From positions 33,553 to 97,552 of the forward strand of contig JAWSUI010000007.1 in the NCBI GenBank assembly GCA_033551855.1: a DNA stretch of 64,000 bases. Reading direction: 5' to 3'. Below the pieces are notes generated by a model that ran no database searches, had not been told where the DNA came from, and saw nothing but the letters and a program-made list of their open reading frames with translations. Within the stretch, counting starts at the first letter, position 1. Each line of letters starts with the position of its first letter. This DNA comes from Deferrisomatales bacterium (GTDB lineage Bacteria > Desulfobacterota > Deferrisomatia > Deferrisomatales > JACRMM01). A program made the translations under genes and the position numbers. Positions 40,454 to 49,787 of this stretch are shown one piece after another.

Positions 40454-40724
40454 GGAGAACACGCTCGGTGGGGAGGAAGACACGGGCCCCAGTGTGACCG
40501 ACGGCGGGCCCGCGCGCAACGTCCGGCAGACGCCGTTCGACGGAGTCGGGCACGTCGCCTCCCGGCAGGGAGAGAGCGTGGGGCACACTCCGAGCGCCGT
40601 GGCCTCCCGGCCCGCAGACGGGCGTGGGGCGAGGACGGCTCCGCAAGCCTCCACGCGCGCGGGGGCGGCAGCGGCCTCGCCGCTTGCCGCCCCCGCTGTC
40701 TGGGCGCGCCCCCGGTGCTACCGG

Positions 40725-42206
40725 TCAGTAGCTCAGGCGAACGACCTGGCCCGGCTCGGTCACGTAGATGTTCCCGAACCAGCTCTCCTCGTCATACCCG
40801 TAATCGCTGTCCCACCAGTAGACGATCACGAAGTACGGGGTGGTGCCCACGGCGACCTGGACGTCGTCGACACCGCTCCAGCCGGGGCACGACCCCGAGC
40901 CGGAGGCCACGACGGTCCCGGACCACCCACCCCGGCGGACCACCCACGAAGCCTCGGCCTCGGGGTCTCCAGGGCAGGGCGGGCCGCTCGTGTCGCTGTC
41001 GCCCCAGACGAGGCGGAGGGTCCCCGTGCCGCTCGTGACGGTGAAGGTGACGGTGTTCTCGGCCTCCACGTTGCCCGACCAGTCCTCGGACCAGAAGGCC
41101 AGTGTGTAGGAGATCGTCCCGGTCGCGGCGGGGATGACGACCCGGGTGCCCGTCTGGATCGGGCCGTCGTTGAGGCGGTAGTAGGTCGCCTTCACCCCCA
41201 GGGTGCCGTCGTCGGTCGCCGTCAGGGTGATCGTGGTGCCCTGGTAGTAGATGGGCTGGGTGTTCGAGGTCGTGGTGGGCGGGGTGGTATCCTCGACGAC
41301 GGTGAAGATCACCGTGTTGGGCTCCAACTCGGTGTTCCCGGCCTGGTCCTTCGACCAGAACTCCAGGGTGTGCCGGCCGGGCTCCGCGACGAAGACGTAT
41401 TTGCCGGAGGCGGTCACCGGGCCCCCGTTGAGCCGGTAGAAGGTGCGCCCGACCCCCACCTTGCCGTTGTCGGTAATGGAGAAGCCGATCCTCGCCGGGC
41501 CGATGTACTCCCCGATGGCCTTCGCGGCTGTGACCGGCGGCGTGGTGTCTCCGGGGGTGTACCCTGCGTGGCAGTTGAGACAGGCGGACTGGGTGACCCG
41601 GAAGTCGCCGCCGTGGCAGAGGTTGCAGTCGTTTGCGGGGTCGTAGGAATCCTCCCAGGGCAGGTGCCCGATCGTGGAGTCCTGGTGGTAGAAGGCGTGG
41701 CAACCGCCCTGCTGGCACCCCCCGCCCCAGAGGCCCAGGGTGTCATAGGGGGTGGGGTGGCATGTCGCGCAGTCGCCGCCGTGCACGGCGACCAAGTCCA
41801 CGGCGTGGCAGATGCCGCAGTCCACGGTCACGCCGAAGTAGGGCCGGTCGCCCCGCCATCCGGCATCGTCGTGCTGGTTATCCTCGAAGAGGACCACCCG
41901 TCCGCTCCCCAGGGTCGCGGAGTGGCTGAAATCCCCGTGGACGTCCTCGAGGGTGCCGTGGCAGGGGAAGCAGACGCAGTCGCTCTGGGCGGCCGCCGGG
42001 CGCGCCCACGCGCCTGCCACCAGGAAGGCCGCCAACGGCAGGGTCGCGGCGCCCATCGCCCGGCGGAACCCGGTTCTGCCCGCGGGATGGCGCGCCCCGG
42101 CCGCTGCCGGCTCGGAGCGAGAACGCCCCCGATGTCGGGCGTAGGGCTCCCCTATTCCGTTGGAAATAGGCAACGACCTCCTGTGAACACTTTCACGAGA
42201 CTTCAT
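40725..42206 (-). CDS. Exported multiheme c-type cytochrome (six heme motifs) with C-terminal Ig-like repeats
   Basis: CFPCH, CGICH, CATCH, CQQGGCH, CNLCH, CLNCH; signal-like segment ending PAAA-Q; two DTTPP-initiated beta-rich repeats; start at 42206 (RBS) or 42056. Confidence 0.85.
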   Translation of the reverse strand: MKSRESVHRRSLPISNGIGEPYARHRGRSRSEPAAAGARHPAGRTGFRRAMGAATLPLAAFLVAGAWARPAAAQSDCVCFPCHGTLEDVHGDFSHSATLGSGRVVLFEDNQHDDAGWRGDRPYFGVTVDCGICHAVDLVAVHGGDCATCHPTPYDTLGLWGGGCQQGGCHAFYHQDSTIGHLPWEDSYDPANDCNLCHGGDFRVTQSACLNCHAGYTPGDTTPPVTAAKAIGEYIGPARIGFSITDNGKVGVGRTFYRLNGGPVTASGKYVFVAEPGRHTLEFWSKDQAGNTELEPNTVIFTVVEDTTPPTTTSNTQPIYYQGTTITLTATDDGTLGVKATYYRLNDGPIQTGTRVVIPAATGTISYTLAFWSEDWSGNVEAENTVTFTVTSGTGTLRLVWGDSDTSGPPCPGDPEAEASWVVRRGGWSGTVVASGSGSCPGWSGVDDVQVAVGTTPYFVIVYWWDSDYGYDEESWFGNIYVTEPGQVVRLSY

Positions 42207-42546
42207 GCGCTCCCCCTTCCTCCCAAAAAGGTTCACTGCAGACGCCCACGCCGACGGGCGGCACACAATCGCCTAGTGCCGTTCCCTTCGACTTGAAGCC
42301 CAGTCGCACCGAAGACGTGATCTCCACCAAACACGCAACGAGCACACCGCTTACCACGCGCGCGAAAGAGCGTCAATCCAAATGGTGCATCCAAACGGTG
42401 CATCGTTTCACGGTCGGCGCGCTTCCGACCGTTCCAGGCAGGCCCGAGTCGGGCCCCTTCCCGTGCCGACTACTCGTAGACAAGAACTTCGGTTGGTCCG
42501 AAGAGCCACCTCCCCCTTGTGCGCCCTGCTCGAAAGGTTACTGGAC

Positions 42547-42704
42547 TAGCAGGACGCTGAAAAACGGCCTGGGGTGCGCCCCACGGAGGGGGCGCCGAAT
42601 CTCGGAGCTTGAAAAGCGCAGTGATTCATGAGGGTTCGAAGGGGCCGTCCCCGAGAGCCCTCACCTGCAAAACCCCGTGGAGGGGGTTTTTCAGTGCCCT
42701 GCTA
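42547..42704. mobile_element. MITE-like element, 158 bp
   Basis: Terminal inverted repeats TAGCAGGACGCTGAAAAAC / GTTTTTCAGTGCCCTGCTA (17/19 match), TA at both ends, too short for a transposase. Confidence 0.75.
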
Positions 42705-44454
42705 AATCCAACGCCGCGAGCCGCGCCAGCGAACCGTCCGGCGCGGTGTCCCGCTGGAGGCGGGCCACGAGCTCGCGGTCGTGGCCGTAGAGGTCGGTGC
42801 GGAAGTGGACGGCACCGTCCTTCCCGACCCAGGCCGTGAAGTACTCGATATGAACGGACACCGGTTCCCGTAGGTACACCGTGCGTTCGAGCCCCTGGGC
42901 CAGAACGTCGGTCAGTGCCTCCGGGGGCCAGCGCGGGTCTCCTGCCAGGACGTACTCCGCCAAGCGGACCGGCTCCGCCACCCGGATGCACCCGCGGCTG
43001 AAATCCCGGCGCGCCCGGGAGAAGAGGTCGCGGGACGGCGTGTCGTGCAGATAGACGTGGAACCGGTTGGGAAAGAGGAACTTGACTTGCCCCATCGCGT
43101 TCTCCGGGCCCGGCCGCTGCCGAAAGTGCAGCCCCTCCCGCTGGAGCGACACGGCGGCCCAGTCGACGGTAGTGGGGTCTACGACCTGAGGCGCGTCCCA
43201 GCCCCGCAGGACCTGGAACCCCTTCTCCTCCAGCCGCAAGGGATCCTTCCGCAACTGCGGCAGGAGATCTTCCCGGGCGATCCTGGGCGGCACGTTCCAG
43301 GAAGGGTTCAGCACCAGGTGCGTCATGCGGCCGGTGAAGACCGGCGTCGGGTTCTGCGTGGCCCCCACGACCACCGGCATCTGCAGCACCGGGTTTCCCT
43401 GCTCCCAGGCCTCCAGGCGAAAGGCCGCCGTGTTGACCCGGAGGTGGCGCGCCGCGGGGAGCTGCCCCCGCCAGCGCAACCGCTCCAAATTTGCCTCGAC
43501 CTGCGCCACCCGCGTCTCGACAGGCACATTCAGTGCCCTCCGGGTCGCGCGGCCCACCACCCCGTCCGTCTCCAGGCCGTAGCGGTCCTGAAACGCCCGC
43601 ACGGCCGCCTCGAGGTCCGCATCCATCCCGGGGGGGCCTTCCGGCGCGGCCAGGAAGCCTTCGGCAAAGAGCCGCTGCCGCAAGAGCGCCGTCGCCGGGG
43701 AGAGATCCCCGCGGCGCAAGGCGGCCGTCTCGGGCAGCGGCTCCCACCCCCCCGCGGCGGCGACGGCTCGGTACCAGGCCAGGGCGCCGCGAAGCCCGCG
43801 ATACCCGGCATCGGAAGGGGCCAACCCTTCCAGGGTCTCGGCAATGCGCCCGGTGGAGAGGGCCTCTTCGAGCACGGCCGTCAGGTCGGCGGAGGGGGGC
43901 GTCGTCCCCGGCTCCGCCCGGCCCCCGCGCAAGTGATCCGCCAGGGTCAGGAAGGCGTCCGTCAACAGGAGGTCGCGCACGGCCTGGGAGGGAGCGTCCA
44001 GGAACCCCGGGCCTCCCTCCTCCTCGTCGCTCCGCCACCCCTCCGGCGGCAGATAATCGTCCGGCCGCAAACCGTGGCCGGCGGCACGTCGGATCGCAGA
44101 CTTCAGGGCCTCCGCGGCCGGGAGGAGCCGGCTGTCCTCGGTCCAGGCCAGTCGGAATCCCCTCTCCCGGTAGAAGCGCGCGCAGAGCTCGGGACTGTGG
44201 AGCGGAAGCGTCCCCGCTGCCCGCTCCGCGACGGCGCCTACGGCGGCGTCCCCGGAGGCTCCACCCGCTGCATTGGCACGGCCCGCCGCCCCCGCGACGG
44301 CCACGAGGGCCGCCAGCAGCAGGAGCCCGGCACCCCACCCCGCTATCGCCCGCAGCCGATCCCAACCCGTGGCCCGGGCGCCGAGGCGACCGTTGGTCGC
44401 CACGATCCCCTCGCCCGGAGTAGCTCCCCGGGGCTGCGTGACCGCCCGACACAT
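42691..44454 (-). CDS. L,D-transpeptidase (YcbB/LdtD-like) with peptidoglycan-binding domain
   Basis: AVRAFQDRYGLETDGVVG PG-binding motif; NPSWNVP, VKFLFPN, YLHDTP...SRGCIRV catalytic region; RBS GGAGGAGGAG. Confidence 0.92.
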   Translation of the reverse strand: MCRAVTQPRGATPGEGIVATNGRLGARATGWDRLRAIAGWGAGLLLLAALVAVAGAAGRANAAGGASGDAAVGAVAERAAGTLPLHSPELCARFYRERGFRLAWTEDSRLLPAAEALKSAIRRAAGHGLRPDDYLPPEGWRSDEEEGGPGFLDAPSQAVRDLLLTDAFLTLADHLRGGRAEPGTTPPSADLTAVLEEALSTGRIAETLEGLAPSDAGYRGLRGALAWYRAVAAAGGWEPLPETAALRRGDLSPATALLRQRLFAEGFLAAPEGPPGMDADLEAAVRAFQDRYGLETDGVVGRATRRALNVPVETRVAQVEANLERLRWRGQLPAARHLRVNTAAFRLEAWEQGNPVLQMPVVVGATQNPTPVFTGRMTHLVLNPSWNVPPRIAREDLLPQLRKDPLRLEEKGFQVLRGWDAPQVVDPTTVDWAAVSLQREGLHFRQRPGPENAMGQVKFLFPNRFHVYLHDTPSRDLFSRARRDFSRGCIRVAEPVRLAEYVLAGDPRWPPEALTDVLAQGLERTVYLREPVSVHIEYFTAWVGKDGAVHFRTDLYGHDRELVARLQRDTAPDGSLARLAALDLAGH

Positions 44455-44500
44455 GTGCTCGCTCCTCCTCCCTGAGACATCCGCGGATATCCGCAAGAGG

Positions 44501-44516
44501 AGCAAGGGCCGTGCCG
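44501..44516 (-). promoter_or_regulatory. Putative sigma54 (-24/-12) promoter of the L,D-transpeptidase gene
   Basis: Minus strand CGGCACGGCCCTTGCT = GG-N10-GC; IHF-like AATCAGAAGGTTT at 44545-44557. Confidence 0.6.
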
Positions 44517-44779
44517 CCTGGCGACGACAGCACCAACTCTCTGAAATCAGAAGGTTTTTCGGCGGAAAACAAAAAATGGTCCGCCCCGGTGGGCAGTGAA
44601 TTTCCATTTCAAGGAAGTCCACGCCACCCAAAGGCTCGCCGTATCCACTCCGACACCCACCCCAGGGCCCCGGAGCAAAGAATCGTTCCCCGGCAGGACG
44701 TCGAGAGCGGGGATGCGAGCCTGGGCCGCTCTCGCCCCTCGGGGAACAGCCCGAATGGGAGCGAGAGGCGGAGCCTCGG

Positions 44780-45622
44780 CTACCGAGGCGTTGCCGGATC
44801 GCCCCGCAGGGCCCTCCAGGTGGGCCGCTCCAGGAAGCTGCCTGCCACGTTGGCCTCCATGCGCTCGAAGAGCTTCCACGGAACCGCGAACGTGAAGAGG
44901 TCGTCGCCGAGCTTCGGCCGCAGCTGGAGGCGCGCGGAGAGGTCCACCAGACCCAGCACCGCTCGAGGGTCCTCCGACTCCGCCTCCCGGTAGGGGTAGA
45001 TGCCGATGGATTGGCAGCCGGCGGCGAAGGGCACGGTGACGTGCTCGTTGTGCCGCCCGTCGTAGTTGACGAGGACGACCAGGGCGGCGATCTGGTGGGG
45101 GTTCGCGAGGAAGATCACGACCCGGGGCAGGCCGCTCCGCGGCGGAGCGCCCGTCAGGGGACGGAAGACCACGAACCGGGCGGGGATGTCCGCCATCGGC
45201 AGGTTCTCCGCAAACCGGGCCACGAGCTCCGGGGAGCGCAGATAGCGCTCCCCGTGCAGGAACTCTTCGTGGGCCTCGGGCGCCATGTGGGGCTTCACGG
45301 CCTCGGCCACCCGCCGCCCCTCCTCCGAGGGCTCGTTGCCGGTGGAGAGGAAGCGGCAGAAGCAGTCCATGCCGCCGGGAAAGTTGCGGTACTGGTCCCC
45401 GAACCCCAAGCCCACCCCGCCCCCGAAGCAGCCGAAGGTCTCCCGGTCGCAGGCCGCGGTCCTTCCCTTGGCCGCGGCGGCCACCAGCCACATGACGCAG
45501 CCCCACCCTCCCTTCTTGAACCGTGTCGCCCCCTCCGGGGCTTCGTCGGCCCACAGGAGGGCCACCGGGGGATGCCGAAGCCCGAGGGCATCGGCGACGC
45601 GGCTCTTTCCTCCGTTCTCCAT
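44780..45622 (-). CDS. DUF169-family protein
   Basis: ALGLRHPPVAL, three Cys motifs (GCV, GCFGGGVGLGF, GCQS), GLVDLSAR; family assigned from memory. Confidence 0.7.
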   Translation of the reverse strand: MENGGKSRVADALGLRHPPVALLWADEAPEGATRFKKGGWGCVMWLVAAAAKGRTAACDRETFGCFGGGVGLGFGDQYRNFPGGMDCFCRFLSTGNEPSEEGRRVAEAVKPHMAPEAHEEFLHGERYLRSPELVARFAENLPMADIPARFVVFRPLTGAPPRSGLPRVVIFLANPHQIAALVVLVNYDGRHNEHVTVPFAAGCQSIGIYPYREAESEDPRAVLGLVDLSARLQLRPKLGDDLFTFAVPWKLFERMEANVAGSFLERPTWRALRGDPATPR

Positions 45623-45758
45623 GCCAGCCTCCTCTCCCGGGCCCCGGTCGGACCCGCAGCCGGGTGTCGTCCGGCCGTGTGCACCTCCGCCCACACCGGC
45701 CCCTCCACCCCTCGATAGGGTGTGGTGGGATCATCACGGATGATGGGGCGGGGGGCAA

Positions 45759-45791
45759 GGGCTTCTCGGGCTTCTCGGGCTTCTCGGGCTT
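45759..45791. repeat. Tandem 9-mer (GGGCTTCTC)x3 plus a partial unit
   Basis: Read directly in the divergent intergenic region. Confidence 0.9.
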
Positions 45792-45889
45792 GCAATCCGA
45801 GGATTGAGTGGAAACACGGCCTCCCCGGGCTTGCGCTCTCCGCCGGAGTCTGCGAAAACGCCCTCCTCGGCACGGGAAGGGCAGCGAGG

Positions 45890-46594
45890 TTGAGAACACG
45901 CGTGCGCACGGAGATCCGCGACGGGGCGAAAGCCGCCTGGCCCATCTGCCTAGGGTACGTACCCATCGGGCTCGCGTTCGGGGTGCTCGCCCAGAAAGCG
46001 GGACTGGGGCCCTGGAAGGTCGCCCTGATGTCGGCACTCGTCTTCGCGGGCAGCTCCCAGTTCATCGCCGTGGCCATGCTGCAGGCCGGCGCGGGAATTG
46101 GCCCGATCGTGGCTACCACCTTCGTCGTGAACGTGCGCCACGCGCTGATGAGCTCGTCTCTGGCGGTCCCCCTCACCGGGGCGGGGCGCTGGTTCCTCGC
46201 TCTGTTCGCCTACGGCATCACGGACGAGAGCTTTGCTCTCAACATGAGCCGGTTCCGGCAGGCCGGATGGGACCGGTGGCGGGCCCTGACCCTGAACCAC
46301 GCGGCCAACCTCGCCTGGATCGCCAGCGCCGTCGCCGGCGCCCATGCCGGGCATCTGATCCCGCCGAGGGCATTCGGGATCGACTACGCCCTCATAGCCA
46401 TGTTCTTGTGCCTGCTCGTCCTCCAGCTCCGCAGCCGGGCCCACGCGCTCACCGCCCTGCTCTCCGGCGCCGTCGCCCTTGCCCTGTACCTGACGCTCCC
46501 GGGAAACGGCTACGTCGTCCTGGGAGCGGTCGTGGGCGCGACGGCGGGGCTTGCCCTCCGCCGCCTGGCCTCGGCCAAGAAAGGCCTCTCGTGA
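45890..46594 (+). CDS. azlC: AzlC-family branched-chain amino acid exporter, large subunit
   Basis: PICLGYVPIGLAFG, VFAGSSQF, VNVRH, ITDESFA; start uncertain (TTG 45890 or GTG 45902). Confidence 0.9.
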   Translation: MRTRVRTEIRDGAKAAWPICLGYVPIGLAFGVLAQKAGLGPWKVALMSALVFAGSSQFIAVAMLQAGAGIGPIVATTFVVNVRHALMSSSLAVPLTGAGRWFLALFAYGITDESFALNMSRFRQAGWDRWRALTLNHAANLAWIASAVAGAHAGHLIPPRAFGIDYALIAMFLCLLVLQLRSRAHALTALLSGAVALALYLTLPGNGYVVLGAVVGATAGLALRRLASAKKGLS

Positions 46595-46914
46595 GCACCG
46601 GCGCCTATCTGCTCCTGCTCGTCGGCATGGCCGCGGCGACCTACCTCCCCAGGGCCGTGCCGCTGCTCGTGCTCTCCGGCCGGCCGCTCCCGCCGTGGAT
46701 GCGCGAGTGGCTCGAGCTGGTCCCCGTGGCGCTCCTGGCCGCCCTCGTGACCCCGGCGGTCCTGGCCACCCCCGATCCCCGGGCCGTCGGCCTGGCGCGG
46801 GCGGAGCTCTGGGTAGCCCTCCCCACCCTGGCTTTCGCCTGGAAGACCCGCTCCCTGGGGGGCACGGTGGTCGCCGGGATGCTGCTGTACTGGCTGGCGG
46901 GTCACCTCCGGTGA
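46591..46914 (+). CDS. azlD: AzlD-family small subunit
   Basis: GMAAATYLPRAVP...VPVALLAAL; GTGA overlap with azlC. Confidence 0.88.
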   Translation: MSTGAYLLLLVGMAAATYLPRAVPLLVLSGRPLPPWMREWLELVPVALLAALVTPAVLATPDPRAVGLARAELWVALPTLAFAWKTRSLGGTVVAGMLLYWLAGHLR

Positions 46915-47093
46915 TCCAGGGGCGGGGCCCGGGCGGACCCGGGGTCCACCGAACCCCCGGACACGGGCCCGGTCGATGACCCTCGGCCCACCGATGCCCC
47001 CGACACTCGCTCGGACCATCGGGGGATCACGGGGCGTTGCGTAAGGCTTTTCCGGCCCCGCCCCGCCAAGCGGGGAATCCGGCGAGGGGGCCG

Positions 47094-47169
47094 GAATCCA
47101 ACGCCACGTCGTGGAGGGGAGTTCGGGAGCCCCGCGGAGCAGCCCCGTACCGCATCGACCGAACCGCCG
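47094..47169. repeat. 76-bp intergenic repeat, family A, copy 2
   Basis: Ungapped match to 6270-6345. Confidence 0.85.
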
Positions 47170-47312
47170 AGTCCGGCGCAAAAAGGGGTGAAGCCCGGCG
47201 TGCCCGGGCCTGCGCGGACACCTCTTCGAATCGCCGCGGCTTGCGGGGCGAAGCGCAGGGGCTCCCGGGCTCCCCTCACCGAGCAAAGGGGAACCCCGGG
47301 ACCAAGGCTCGG

Positions 47313-47341
47313 TTGACCGCCGGCGCCGGTGTCCCTACCAT
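47313..47341 (+). promoter_or_regulatory. Putative sigma70 promoter of the TraB-family gene
   Basis: TTGACC-N17-TACCAT. Confidence 0.6.
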
Positions 47342-47373
47342 GGCGCGGCCCGCACCCCCTGGGAGGAGCACCC

Positions 47374-48558
47374 ATGTCCACGCCCCCCGCGCCGGAGGCC
47401 GACGCCCCGACGCGCATCGACCTCCCCGACAGGACCGTCTACCTGGTCGGCACGGCCCACGTGTCCCAGCACTCCGTGGAGGACGTGCGCCGTGCCATAG
47501 AGGAGCTGCGGCCCGACTGTGTCTGCGTGGAACTGGACGCCCAGCGCCTCGAGGCCCTCCGGGACCCCAACCGGTGGAAGGATTTGAACCTGGGGGCTGC
47601 CCTCCGCCGGGGAAACGGGGCCTTCCTCCTGGCCAACCTGGCCCTCTCTTCCTTCCAGCGCCGGATGGGGCTCCACACGGGCGTGCGGCCGGGCGCCGAG
47701 CTCCTGGAAGCGGTGGAGGAGGCCGAGCGCCGCGGCGCCGCCGTGGAGCTCGTGGACCGGCCGATCCGCACGACCCTGCTCCGGGCCTGGCGCCGCACCG
47801 GGCTTTGGAAGAAGGTCTCCCTCTTCTCGGCGCTCCTGGCGAGCGCCTTCGAAAATCCGGAGCTCGGAGAGGAAGACCTCGCCAGACTTCGGCAAAAGGA
47901 CGCCCTGTCCGGCCTTTTGGAGGAGATGGGGCAGGCCCTGCCGGCGGCGAAGGAGATCCTGATCGACGAGCGCGACCGCTACATGGCGGAGCGCATCCGC
48001 CGGGCACCGGGCCGGACCGTGGTGGCCGTTGTGGGCGCAGGACACCTGCCCGGAATCTCCCGCGAGCTCGCAGGGACGGGCGACGGAGCGGACCTTGAGG
48101 CCCTGGATGCGGTCCCCCCCAAGCCCCTCTCTTCCCGCGTGATCCCCTGGCTGATCCCGACCGTCGTGGTCGCCCTGTTCGCCTTCGGCTTCTTCTTCGG
48201 CGACGCCTCCCGGGTACGGGAGGCGGCATGGGCCTGGGTGCTCGCCAACGGAGGCTTCGCGGCCCTGGGCGCCTTCCTGGCGCTGGCACACCCCGCCGCG
48301 ATTGCGGCCGCCTTCTTTGCGGCACCCGTGACCAGCCTCAACCCCACCGTCGGCGCCGGGATGGTCACCGGTCTGGTCCAGGCCTGGGCGGGCAAGCCCC
48401 GGGTGCGGGACGTCGAGAACCTGCTCGACGACCTCGGCCACTGGAAGGGATGGTGGGCCAACCGGGTCTCCCGGGTCTTGCTGGTCTTCCTGTTCTCCAA
48501 CCTGGGGTCGAGCGTGGGGACGTTCGTCGCCTTCGGGTGGCTCAAGGACCTGGTGTGA
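47374..48558 (+). CDS. TraB/PrgY (pheromone shutdown-like) family membrane protein
   Basis: LVGTAHVS, VCVELD, LIDERDRYMA, VVGAGHLPGI; C-terminal TM helices. Confidence 0.9.
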   Translation: MSTPPAPEADAPTRIDLPDRTVYLVGTAHVSQHSVEDVRRAIEELRPDCVCVELDAQRLEALRDPNRWKDLNLGAALRRGNGAFLLANLALSSFQRRMGLHTGVRPGAELLEAVEEAERRGAAVELVDRPIRTTLLRAWRRTGLWKKVSLFSALLASAFENPELGEEDLARLRQKDALSGLLEEMGQALPAAKEILIDERDRYMAERIRRAPGRTVVAVVGAGHLPGISRELAGTGDGADLEALDAVPPKPLSSRVIPWLIPTVVVALFAFGFFFGDASRVREAAWAWVLANGGFAALGAFLALAHPAAIAAAFFAAPVTSLNPTVGAGMVTGLVQAWAGKPRVRDVENLLDDLGHWKGWWANRVSRVLLVFLFSNLGSSVGTFVAFGWLKDLV

Positions 48559-48579
48559 CGACCCGCCGGCGCGACGCTC

Positions 48580-49269
48580 CTACTCCCGGAGCCGAACCCG
48601 GAGCAGGCCCTCCTCCACCCGCAGATCCTCCACGCCGGCGGAGAAGGCCGCCCAAAAGCCGCCGGCCGCCTCGAGATCCCCGGCCAGATCGACGTTCTTG
48701 ATCCCCCCCAGCCAGGCGTTCGGGACCGGGACCCCCATCACGCTCACGCCCCGCAGCACGACCCGGGGTCGCCCCTCGGCGTAGGCCAGCTCGAGGCCCG
48801 CCGTGACCTTGATCGTCCTGCCGCCCAGCAATGGCACATCCTGGGCCAGGGGAAGCAGGAGCGTCGCGCTGAGCAGGTCCTCGGAGAAATGGAGCGCGAC
48901 GGTGCGGGCCAGGTCGGTGTTCCGGGCGAGGAGCGCGTTGATCTCCCGTTCGGTCAAGCGGACCTCCCGATCGGCGCCCTCCTCGCTGTACGGCTCGGGC
49001 TCCGGGGGGCCCGGAACGCGGGAGGAAGCTCTCTCGCCGGCCCCTGGGGTCACCCGGTCCAACTTTTCCGCCAGGGTGCGCTCCTCCCGGGGGCTCAGCG
49101 TGACCGGCGCCAGCTCCCGCGGAAAGACATAGGCCCTGACGCCCGCGACCGCGGCGACGACGGCCGCCGCCACGAGGACGGCGAGGATGAATCCCCGGCG
49201 CCCCCGGGCCCGGCCCGGGGCCGGATCCCTCGGGAGCCCCGGCACGCCTTCGCGCCGACCGTCTGCCAT
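48580..49269 (-). CDS. Hypothetical membrane-anchored protein
   Basis: Basic N-terminus plus one TM helix, then a globular domain (LTEREINALL, VSVMGVPVPNAWLGG); stop overlaps no other gene. Confidence 0.7.
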   Translation of the reverse strand: MADGRREGVPGLPRDPAPGRARGRRGFILAVLVAAAVVAAVAGVRAYVFPRELAPVTLSPREERTLAEKLDRVTPGAGERASSRVPGPPEPEPYSEEGADREVRLTEREINALLARNTDLARTVALHFSEDLLSATLLLPLAQDVPLLGGRTIKVTAGLELAYAEGRPRVVLRGVSVMGVPVPNAWLGGIKNVDLAGDLEAAGGFWAAFSAGVEDLRVEEGLLRVRLRE

Positions 49270-49599
49270 CCGCGCGTGTCTCCTTTCTCGCGTCGCCACT
49301 GAAACGGCCGGGGGTGCCCGCCGGGAGCGGCAGCTGAGGCCAGCGTACCCCGCGCTCCTGCCCCTGCAAGACGGGGGCTCCGGGCGCCTCCGAAGCTCCC
49401 CCCGGGGATGCGCAGCAGGAGACCCGGTCCCCGGCGTTTCCCCGCGGCGCGCGCCCGGGGTTTCTGCCCCCCGGCGGGACCCCGGACAGATTCTGGCCGG
49501 TCGAACGTTGGCAACGGAGGCGGAAACGGGCATCCTCTGCCCACTGTCCCCGGCCCATTTCGGGCTCTTCCGGGGAATGACGGGCTGCCGCGCCAGAGA

Positions 49600-49756
49600 A
49601 CGGCCGGGTGGGTCCGACGGCCCAGGCGGACGGCCGCTCGTGGAACCTATCCCGGTCGAGGCCTGTGACCTCTCGGGCGTTCCGGAGGACCCGAGGGCTC
49701 GTAGGCGACGGGGCGTCCGGCATCGGACGCCGGAGTGGGCGGCCCCACCCGGCCGT
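49600..49756. repeat. 157-bp fold-back intergenic element, family B, copy 1
   Basis: Perfect 13-bp terminal inverted repeat ACGGCCGGGTGGG/CCCACCCGGCCGT; ungapped similarity to 56900-57056. Confidence 0.8.
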
Positions 49757-49787
49757 CTCCCGTATGAACTCATTTTCAGAGGTGAAC

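Noticed and set aside
42207..42540. GEMM-I/Ib cyclic dinucleotide riboswitch upstream of the multiheme cytochrome
   Set aside because: No AAACC...GG[GA]CG[CG]AAAGC pattern found on the coding strand
46945..47008. Imperfect 19-bp direct repeat CCACCGA..CCCC.GACAC
   Set aside because: Only two degenerate GC-rich copies; not a CRISPR array and plausibly chance
47027..47221. Short minus-strand ORF sharing RSMRYGAA..GS with the track's extended kinase N-terminus
   Set aside because: Explained by repeat family A; no RBS or other evidence that either is translated
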